A DNA stretch of 64,000 bases. It comes from Chrysomallon squamiferum (Eukaryota; Animalia; Mollusca). Shown here piece by piece: positions 28,811 through 40,013 of the stretch. The stretch covers positions 15,934,001-15,998,000 of the forward strand of contig CM022673.1 in NCBI GenBank assembly GCA_012295275.1, given 5' to 3'. Numbering within the stretch: the first letter of the stretch is position 1; each line of letters begins with the position of its first letter. Both the position numbers and the translations under genes were made by a program. Under the pieces are notes generated by a model that had not been told where the DNA came from, did no database searches, and saw nothing but the letters and a program-made list of their open reading frames with translations.

Positions 28811-29097
28811 TGTTATTATATAAATATAAATGTATATATGTTTACGTACACATATCTCTGAAGACAAAAAGAAGTTTACAAATTTTCATTTATCTCAAGT
28901 ATTAATGTATTCCGTTTCCTTTTCATTATCATTATTATTATTTTTTAGTATTATTATTATTGTTGTCGTTGTTGTTGTTATTGTTATTATATAAATATAA
29001 ATGCATATATGTTTTCACATCCATATCTCTTAAGACAAAAGAAGTTTACGAATATTCGTTCTTTTCAAGTATCAACGTTTTCCGTTTCCTTTTCCAG
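28811..29097. repeat. Diverged direct duplication of ~115 bp (copies at ~28811 and ~28982)
   Basis: TGTTATTATATAAATATAAATG...AAGACAAAA(A)GAAGTTTAC...TTCCGTTTCCTTTTC occurs twice. Confidence 0.85.
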
Positions 29098-30353
29098 TGA
29101 TCGCATTTTACAATATTCATGTTGCAGACTTTGTACGGAAATTACTCTTCCTGTGCAAAAAAAAAAAAATCAGGTAAAAATATCTATTTTTGAAACTCAC
29201 AGACATTTGTAATGAATAGTAAAATGTTTTAACTGATCATTTTTTATTTTTATTTTTCCATGACAGATTAGAACTTAGACGTTTATCTTAATCGATCGAA
29301 ATAATGACCTGATACAAATGTGTGAACACGCCCACGTAAAAACATTACAGTTACCCGCTGAACCACGAGCGGACAGACAAATAGAGAATGGACGAATCTA
29401 CAAACGGATGGACCGACAATTTTAACCACATACAATCGACAATAACAATAACGACATGAAAAACTCAAAACACAGGTAAAATATTTGTAAAAGAGTAACC
29501 GAAATAATATGCTGCACAATACAATATTATACATATTTTTATTAAGACAATTATAATTATTATTGTTGTTAATGTTGTTGTTATTTACACAAGAGACTAA
29601 TGCACGAAAGGTCATAGACTCGGTCAAAGTGCTCTCATTTGGCTTTTGTTTATTCAACCCTGTGACAGAAAAGAAAAAAAGATCTGATATACCAGCTAGA
29701 ACTGGAAATATCTTAATGTTTGCATTGATGGTGATTGATCGCGTTTCCAGTAAAATTTGAATACGTCGCTTTTATCATAAACCGAAGTCGTATTAACTGG
29801 AGATTAATAATAGTAATTAATTCATATATAACATTTTATAACGGATTCTGATAAACGGTGACCTCTTTTGGAATCCCGTTTGCAAATTTTATCAAAATTT
29901 TATCGCTCACTGTTGTCTCTTGATGCACTGAAATCTAAGCTCTAAAACAAAACCAATTTGCTTCTGGAACCGAATAATTCTGTAAAGAAATAAAAGTTAA
30001 AGCTCACAGGTTCATGGGATCAATTCCCAAAACGCCCTCAACTCGCTTACGAACATAATTTCTTCGAATAACGCTGTCATAACCAATTTACTTCGTTCGG
30101 CTAGTTTTCTTCGATTATTATTACAAAATGGCGCGCGGTCCAGCCGAACTCGACCGACTGCAGTTCGTAAATTACAGCTATCACAGGGCGTTAGAACAAA
30201 AGGGTTCGAGTAGACTCGTATTAATCGTAAATAGGTCATCTTCGTGTTGCAGTCTAATTTTAATACATTCTCCAATGGCAGCCAGAAAATTCAAAACTGA
30301 AACCTGAGGGATGATGAAGAAAACAAAATAAACAGAAATAAATTTAAGTTTAC

Positions 30354-30414
<61 letters not shown>

Positions 30415-30541
30415 TACATTCCACGGTATTTAAAACTGTCTATAACAACAATGATCGCCTCTGGTATATTTAGGCCTTAGACCTCTTCACTGTAATGACA
30501 ATGTACGACACCGATTTCAGTCACAAACTGGAAGTTTTTAT

Positions 30542-30583
<42 letters not shown>

Positions 30584-30836
30584 TTATATCTCCCAGTCAA
30601 AAACTAAGGTAGGCCCATAAGCAGAGCTGTAACAAGAACTTCAATATTATAACTAATAACAACAAATGTAATGACGACGACGACGAAGTTAATTTGGATG
30701 ACAAAACACAAGAAATATTTGAATGTTAAAATCTTTAATTTTCCACTTTAATAGCTATTGGGGTTTTTTCCCTATAATAATCATAGTCGTCATCTTTATT
30801 ATCATCATCAGATTCATATATTATCATTATTAATAC

Positions 30837-30897
<61 letters not shown>

Positions 30898-31406
30898 TAT
30901 CATAACAGCTGTATAAATGTATGGTGTAATCTGCACGTACAGAAGAACATCGTTTGTAACACAGAAATGATTGATTTTGTGCCTAAAAAGTATGAAAAAT
31001 GACTGATGAGTGATCATATATAGTAACCTAAGTTTTGAAACAATTTCAGTGTTTAGCGTCAGATGAATGTGCACTTGACTTACTGTTATGAATAAAACAA
31101 ATCACTGTGTAGTTTAATAGAGTCATAGATACTCGATAATTGTAAGATGTGTTTCTTTATTTTTGTATTAAATGTTATATTATCTTATTTATTGTTTTTA
31201 TTTATTTTTTATTTATTTATTTATTTATTTATCTAATATATATATATATAGTTCACTTATATTATGTTGTTGTTTTGCAGGATGGGAGTTTTCGCTTTTC
31301 TTTTTGGTTTTTATTCGTATGTCGGGTTTTAACTATATACATTAATTATATACTTATTTATCAAATTGTTTTTGTCGTTAATTATTACTATTATTTTCAG
31401 TAGTAA

Positions 31407-31464
<58 letters not shown>

Positions 31465-31934
31465 TGTAGTAGTATTTATTTATTTATTTATTCATTCATT
31501 TATTTACTCCAGATTATTGAAGTCCAGTGAAACATATACTGCTACTAATGATTTAATGTCTGTATCGAAAATAAAATGAATAACTTACATCGCCACCAAA
31601 ATTATAGTAACACAATTATTTTGAATCATCAAAGTTCTTTCTATATGATTCGTATCGTTTTAAAAAATTAAAATATATTTAGAAAAAAAAAAAAAAGAAG
31701 AAGCGCATTCCTATATTTGTTTGTGTTCATAAAGTCAAGATAAAGAAATATGCAGGCGTGCTTTTAAAAAAAAAAAAATTAAAATGAAAATCTGAAATCA
31801 CTTTATGAAACTGTACCCGATTGGTCACTTTTTGGAACGGGAATTCACTCATTTTCTCGTTAAATTATCGTGTTCTCCCTGCGCAGTTGACTATGAAATG
31901 GTAAATAGGGTTTAGTCTGATATTAGCGATTACG

Positions 31935-31989
<55 letters not shown>

Positions 31990-34490
31990 AAATAAATAAA
32001 TCATTTTTAATTTATAAATTATCGAATTTAATCTAGATATTTGTAAAATTCCTAAAATACTGATACTGTATCCACATGGTATTTGTGTTTTTTAAAATTA
32101 CCATTCTAACTGAAATTATATATATATACATTTACACAGGTACAAGTGTGTATAGTTTGTAAGTATCTGTATGTAAATGCCCGCAAACAGATACACGTGA
32201 AAAATCATGAAATAATAAAATGTAAAAAAAAAAAAAAAAAAAAAAAAATTACAAATGTAAAAATAAATACAAATTACAAAAAGTTATTAAATTAAATTAA
32301 ATTAATATCTTTGTCTGAATTGCATCATATTAAGCCAAAAAAAAAAAAGTATGTTAATTTTTTCTTTTCGAGCGACAAATGTTACATATAAAAAAATATA
32401 TATATTTTGATTTGCGTCTAGCTAAGTGAAAATGTCAGTTTATTAAGTCTACTTTTAGAATTGTTTTTAGTCGTTCTCTCGAACATAATTTAACGGCTTC
32501 AACTTTCATTAGAGCAAATATGTGGTGTTACTTTTTACATTCATAATTAAATTTACACGTCGCGCAAATCCAAGAGAATTAGTCCACTTTCTTCTGTACA
32601 GCCTTAGTCAATTGAATTTTCCAATGAATTTTAGCACACTACCACCATTTTGTTAGTATAATAATATTCGTTTCAGTAATGAAGCGTCTTTTCTATCACA
32701 GAAAAAAATGGCGGACCGCAATAACAGATTCTTTGATGCTGTCGAGAAGACCGCAAAATCGGAATTAAATAAAAAGGAGAATATTCTCGTAAGCTTGCTT
32801 TTAATTATGCATTTCTTAACGAATTAATAGGACATTAATTTCAAAAGTATATAATTAATTATAGGAAATTATGAATAAAAATTATGACTAAAAAAATTAC
32901 ATGTTCTACTCAAAAAAAAAAAATAAATGAAATAAAAAATGTCAGGACATGCAGTGCGCCTGTTAACGTTTATGAAATGATAGAGATAACAGGGTAATCT
33001 TGCTTGAAATAAGTAACTTGAAACGTATTTGTCGTCGCTTCTGCTTTTTCAAAAATTAACAACGTTCGTGTATCGCTTCATTGCACAAAGGAGAGATGTA
33101 AAGTTCAACGGTGTAATAATCAAACTTCACACCTACACGTAATAAAATATTGACGAGCACAAAATGATTAACTCTAATGCTGGCAATATTTATTTTCTTC
33201 CGCTGAAAACTAACTCGTCTCGAAGAGTTTCTGGGGAATTCGCGTTAAACGTAAACTTCATTAACCGAAGGTGCGACTTTTTCTTAAGTGACAGTCTGTT
33301 TGGGGCTTCTTCTTCAGACACAGGTGCAGACGCCGCCACTGATGTTGCTCAGAGATACAGTGACGTCGTTGTATGATGTTAATTAACAACAAACAACTAT
33401 TCACTTGGGAAATATCTAGGGTGAGGTCAATAGTGGCATTCTCCTCGAAAACTCAGAAATGATATTGCTGAGGCATCATAACAAAATTACATACTTACAC
33501 CCACACATACACACACACACACACACACTTTACGTACACCCCTGCGTAAGAATTTGCAAACATAATTACACTGTATAAATTTACAGCCACTCTGAATAAT
33601 ATAAATTTAAACTGATCAAATATAAGTATTCACACTAACATGATATATACATACACACACAATAGGCATGTAGAAACAAACGCACTGCGGACACACATAC
33701 ACATACTCAGTTACAGTCAGTTTCGTGGGTATTACAAACTGAAAATGATTATGTTGAGTAAACGACTGTCAATATTAGTTCAGTAGGCAAAAAAGAATCT
33801 TTTATATGCACTTTCCCATAATTAGCAAAGCATATGGCTTTTGATATACTAGTCATGGGCAATGGCTGGAACAAGAAAACAGCTCTGTGGTGAGTTAACC
33901 CTGAGACGTCATACACATCAAACATAGACAGTTCTAAACACTCAGAAATAGCCCGTTCCATCAAAAATCATAATAACACTGATTAATAGCATAAACGATT
34001 ATTTTTGAACTAAAACATATCGGACAGATATCGAGCTAGCGACTTTTAAACGAAAATAAATCATTAACCTGTCAAAAACAAAAAGTCCTTCGGGTAGAAT
34101 ATATTCAGAAGGGATCTCTAGAACGTGAAATGGTGTTAATGTTTGTTATTGGTTTTGAAGATTTTTTTGTTGTTTTCATTCCTGATTCTTACTTTCGTGC
34201 TAATGTCTGACTGTAATCATGCAAATCATATGTCCAAACTGGCTGCGTGAGACAGATTTCACCACGTGTTGGTACGACTGGAGATTAATTCCCCTTGTTT
34301 ACCTCCTGCGTGCAGTTTTGATCTCAAAAAGTGTTAGCTCTGATTTCCAGTTTGAATGGTTCGAATAAGTGAATTAATGAAAGAGTATTTCATATCTCAG
34401 CCATTATAAAAATTATTTGGTGTCATATAGTGGTGGATGGGTTTGTTTGTTGGTTAGTTGGTTGTTGTTGTTTTTTTCTCTGTGTGTGTT

Positions 34491-34535
<45 letters not shown>

Positions 34536-35940
34536 ATATTTTATGGTATTTTGTGTGTGTGGGTGTTTTTGGGGGAAAGGTTATTTTTATTTTATTTGAT
34601 TTATATATATATATATATATATAATTTATTTCATATATATATAGTTACTTTTTTGTTTGTGTTTTATTTTTTTTTTTTTTTTTGGTTTCTTTTGCAGTCA
34701 CTTTCTCTGTTTCTTGTTCTAGTTTTTAAACTGTATGATTATATCGTGTTCTTGTTGTGTACACTGATATATGTCGAATACTGATAAAAATATGTGTAAT
34801 AAAACGGATAAGAGTATCTTCATCGCTAAGACATATTTCCGTATTAGAGTAATCAGAAATAATTACCTGTAATAAAAGGGGCTGATTAATAATAATAAAT
34901 ATATCTTTTTTTTTTTCATGTATCCAGAAGTCTTCTAAAATTGACAATAATAGTTAATAAAAATATATATATTTTATTTTATGACATATAAATAGTCCCT
35001 TTTAGTTTCTCAAATCTTACATTTACAATTCGCAATCGCTTACCCAGGAGTTTAGTCGTTTGTCCAGGCGTTTTTTTTTTTTTTTTTTTTTTTTAGTTGG
35101 TTTTCTTTTTTGATTTCTTAAACATGTTGTTGTTTTTTCTGTTTATATTTTCGATTTTTTTTTTTTTTTTTTTTTTCTTCATTTGGGGGAGGTCTGTTGG
35201 GTTTTCTTCTTCTTCATCTGCTTTTTTTTTTTTTTGGATTTTCTATATATTTCAAGATAATAAAGCTTGATTTTCGTATTAACTATTTCTAGCATTTTTC
35301 ATTATTCTAATTTTTTTTTATACTAACGGAGGGGAAAAAAAGAACAACATGCAAATGAGTGAAACACTGAAATGACATGACGTCGATCAAAATTGGAAGT
35401 TAACCTAATGATATTATACAGGTTACTCTTTTGTGTAGTGTTTACATAGTCCTCAATTTTATTTGCATTTATTCGAGCCTGCTACGAAAACATAATTTCG
35501 CTAGGGATTTAAATTGAATTCAAAATAACTAACTTTTGCATAACAAATAATTTTTATAAAACTACTCGGCTAAAACTATGAATATCTTAACCGTTTTCAG
35601 TGACGTCAAAGGTGGGTAACTATTTAATATTATGAATGACCTCACATTATGTTCAGTATAAAAATAGTGGATGTGACGTGTTCACGTTTAATATTTAAAT
35701 TTATGTCACATAGTATTTTTTCAATTACAAGCGAACGGGCGTCAGTATGCGTTCGTTGTTGATACAGGGAATATACGACGTCACTGTCTACAGATTTCCG
35801 ATATATACTGATTATCGTGTGGTCCGTGTTGTGTTTTTTTTTTTTGTTTTTGTTATATATTTTTTTATTTTTTTATTTTATTTTATTTTTATTTTTTTAT
35901 TATTATTATTATTTTTATTTTTTTTATTATTATTATTATA

Positions 35941-35979
<39 letters not shown>

Positions 35980-37044
35980 TTATTTTATTTTTTTTTTTTT
36001 TTATTATTTTTTGTTGTTGTTGTTGTTGTTGTTTTAGTTTTCTAAGTTATAATCACAGCTACAGTTTCTTTTGATACAACTCTTTAACTGATATCTGTAA
36101 AATATCTTAGCAGTAGATGATTATAATCTTTTAAAAAATATTTTAACAACGTTTTTAGGTTTTAAACACGAATTCTGAGAAATAAAAAGAAGAGTAAAGA
36201 AATATATGATTATTATGTCATGTCCTTGACCTCTAAAAACAAAGCAACTTTTATACACACCTTTCCAGAAATAAACCAGTCGTAAATTACTTAAAATTCT
36301 CGTTAAAACGGGAAATGACTCGGTTAGTTCCAGTAAATGTTAGAGCCAAATTAATGATTTTGACACACCACGAGGTACTAACATATTCGATTTTTGTACT
36401 TTACCCTCTTCTTCACTTCACCCAAAACTAAAGTTTGCGCCATAAAAACTTGTTGTTGAAGATAAGCGGAAATTCACCAACAGCAATTATTTCACTTATT
36501 ATCTACCATCCATAATTACCTCCCCTGTGATGTTAACTTCCAATTTCCCATCACTTGTCAGTTTAAGCATGTTCACTCAAGGCAACCTCTGGGATGCAGT
36601 TTTTACGATCTCGCTAATTTATTATTGATGGCTGTGGCTCTCAAGTTGTCTTATTATTAAGACAAATGTTTCCCATTATGTATCTTTTTGTACATTATAG
36701 TATACACACAAAAATATAACTGTAGAAATCTGATAAATTTCAAAGAAAATCTTACAATTCTAGTCAAAAAATCCATTTTTTTTTTTTTTTTTTGTGTTTT
36801 ATTGTTTTGTTGGGCGTGTTTTTTTTTTTTTTCTCATTCTGCATTGCTAAAATTAAGAAAAAGGAATTTAGTTCAATGTTTTTGTTTCTTCGGGTTATTT
36901 TTTACTTTTTTTATTTAAAATTTGAGCTAGAAGTTTCAAATAATGAATAAACAGATGTTTGCTAAAACACAATTCATCATTTTTTAATATTAACAATTAT
37001 TAAATATAAAAATAATAAAAAATATAAATTAATTAATTAATTAA

Positions 37045-37079
<35 letters not shown>

Positions 37080-37417
37080 TAATAACAGTGATAAAATACA
37101 AGAGGAAGTCTGCTGCCAGACATTTGGTCCATTCTTATTTATAATATCAAGTTATCTTTTATAAAGATATTCCCATCAACTTATCATTTGTGAAAACCAA
37201 GTCAGCAAGGAATGAATTAATGAATAAATAAATAAACAAAAATGAACAAATTCATGAAAGCATGAATTAATGAATATTTAATGACACAATGACAATGGGT
37301 CTATGAACAGAGATGGATGAAAAACAGATAATGAAGTAACAAGAATGTCTTTATTATGTGAGTTCTTTTTTTATTTTCCATATTAATTTTTTTAATTCAC
37401 ACATTCTTACCTGATGC

Positions 37418-38066
37418 ACACACAAATGTACTGATACATACACAGCTATACAAGCACACACAAATATACACATACAAACACACACAAATGTACTGATACA
37501 TACACAGCTATACAAGCACACACAAATATACACATACATACACACACAAATGTACTGATACATACACAGCTATACAAGCACACACAAATACACAGCTATA
37601 CAAGCACACACAAATGTACTGATACATACACAGCTATACAAGCACACACAAATACACAGCTATACAAGCACACACAAATGTACTGATACATACACAGCTA
37701 TACAAACACAAATATACACATACAAACACACACAAATGTACTGATACATACAAGCTATACAAGCACACACAAATGTTTTGATACATACACAGCTATACAA
37801 GCACACACAAATGTACTGATACATACACAGCTATACAAACACACAAATATACACATACAAACACACACAAATGTACTGATACATACACAGCTATACAAGC
37901 ACACACAAATGTACTGATACATACACAGCTATACAAGCACACACAAATGTACTGATACATACACAGCTATACAAGCACACACAAATATACACATACAAAC
38001 ACACACAAATGTACTGATACATACACAGCTATACAAGCACACACAAATATACACATACAAACACAC
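37418..38066. repeat. Composite minisatellite of 38-, 22- and 26-bp units downstream of the SETDB1 stop
   Basis: A=ACACACAAATGTACTGATACATACACAGCTATACAAGC, B=ACACACAAATATACACATACAA, C=ACACACAAATACACAGCTATACAAGC, interspersed. Confidence 0.93.
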
Positions 38067-38727
38067 AGGGAAAAAAGATTTTAAAAAAAAATTACTCTTC
38101 TGAAGAGCATAATCTAGCTACTTTCGTTTTCTTTTTCATTCTTCGAAAATACAATTTTATCCAGTTTTTATTTTAGCCTTTCTTGTGATGAACTGTCCCA
38201 TCAACTCTCTGTTGAAACTGGATATGATACGATACACTGTGAAGATGTTAGAATGGTCTCATTTTACTCTTCTGTCATTTTAAAGAGTCCACCCAGAACT
38301 TTGTGTCTTGGTAACACAGCGAGGATGTGTGTATGTACTGACACAGGTATGTTAATGTTAAAGCAGCCTCTGCTCTACCTGCAACTGCAGAAACAATGCA
38401 ACATCATCTTTCATATCAAACAGACACAATATTTCTGTTTCTTTTTTTCCATTGCAACTCTGGCTGTCTGTCTGTAATAAATTACATCACTGTGTTAATG
38501 TTAACAAAGTCTGTAAAAAAAAATTAATATAACATCATCTTTCATGTTATGTATTGTGTATCTCAGTGTATTAATGTTAACAATTTCTGCAGAAAATGTA
38601 ATATGATGTCGTCTCTCATGCTAAACTAAAGTCTGCCTCTGATAACTACAGATATAGATGTATATCACAAAGTATGTTGATGCTGATGGTGACTGTCTCT
38701 ATACTGCAGAGTACAGTATTTATGACA

Positions 38728-38800
38728 ATGGTTCTATGAAGCAGTTTATATGACTGAATGGTTCTGATGAAGCAGTTTATATGACTGAATGGTTCTGATG
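38728..38800. repeat. 31-bp tandem repeat (~2.3 copies) abutting the SETDB1 stop codon
   Basis: ATGGTTCTGATGAAGCAGTTTATATGACTGA repeated. Confidence 0.85.
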
Positions 38801-40013
38801 TTACAGAAGTCTTCCTCTGCACTGAGGAGAGCCACAGTAACAGTACAAGACTTTGTCAGGCACACTCCCCACCTCATAGTTGTAGTCCCATGTCATCTCT
38901 GTACCAGCACGAATGTACCTGAAACAAACAGAATAAACCTGTTAAAAAACAACACTTCTGTAAAGGGTAAAAAAAAAAAACTTGCTACTTTCATTTTCAT
39001 AATCTGTCAGCCTGCATCAGTACATTTGTTTGTGTGCACAGCTTAATCTGTGTGAATCGTGATTAACAACATTTGAAGGGTTTCTGTTATAATACATTAT
39101 TACAACAAACAGTGTTGTTCTATTATGCCATCCCAGTCATTTCATACGCACATATTAATACCAAAGGTTGCTGTTCAGTACAAATAAAACTTTGATAAAA
39201 TAACCTGAAAAAACATACAATGCATTTATGAAATTGCTTCATTCTGCGATTAAATGCAATTTATATAAAGTTGTAAATTCCTATTTTAAAAAAGAAATAA
39301 TAATAAAACTTTGAAAAAAAGGAATATTTAAATTAAATTTTCAATTATTTCTAAGAAATAAAAACTTACTCTCCAGCAAAGAAAGCCACCCAAGGAAACC
39401 TGAGATCATGAGTGTCAACAAAGATGTTCTGGACAAACACATTAGGAGAACAGCTGTGCTGTAAATGAAGTAGAAAATCATTAATAATTTGTGCTTTTAA
39501 ATAATTTCAATTAAAAAAATATTCATACTTACAAACCAAACAAAATCTTTGTAAATATAATACTGTCAAAAAGGCACAAAGAAAATGAAAAGTAGTATGA
39601 TTAATAATAATGGAAAATATACATTTGATACCATTTTTTTAAATTATTTTTTTATTATTATTATGTTTGTTGTTTTTTGTTTGTTTTCAGTATAGCAATT
39701 TATTATAAACATACAAAAAAAAAAAGAGGAAAATTTTGTTTTCATTTATTAATAGTTAAGAGGGGCATTCAGAAATAAAACCTTACATAAAATATATTTA
39801 AATTATTTGTTTGCCTGATAAAAAAAAAATGTCCATTAATTTCCTGTACCTAATGATATTCTTAGTTCTGAAATGTTTATCTACTTACATTCAAGTATCT
39901 ACCAATATTCCCCATAGATTTGGCATCCATGATGTAACACGACTGTCCATCTTTGAAATAGTATCGCGTACCAGGTCTTTTATCTCCTTCTTCTTCGTTC
40001 TCTTTAGTTTTTT
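38801..40013 (-). CDS. SETDB1: SETDB1 exons encoding the C-terminal half of SET and post-SET
   Basis: [16 protein letters not shown]|[30 protein letters not shown]|[38 protein letters not shown]; these exons are missing from the ORF track in this frame. Confidence 0.96.

Noticed and set aside
30128-30307. 59-codon plus-strand ORF MARGPAELDRLQ... starting in an AAAATGGCG
   Set aside because: No recognisable homology or splice context; better explained as a YY1 motif in a GC-richer island.
37418-38066. CRISPR-like look of repeated units with variable intervening sequence
   Set aside because: The 'spacers' are deletion derivatives of the repeat itself; the context is eukaryotic and there are no cas genes.
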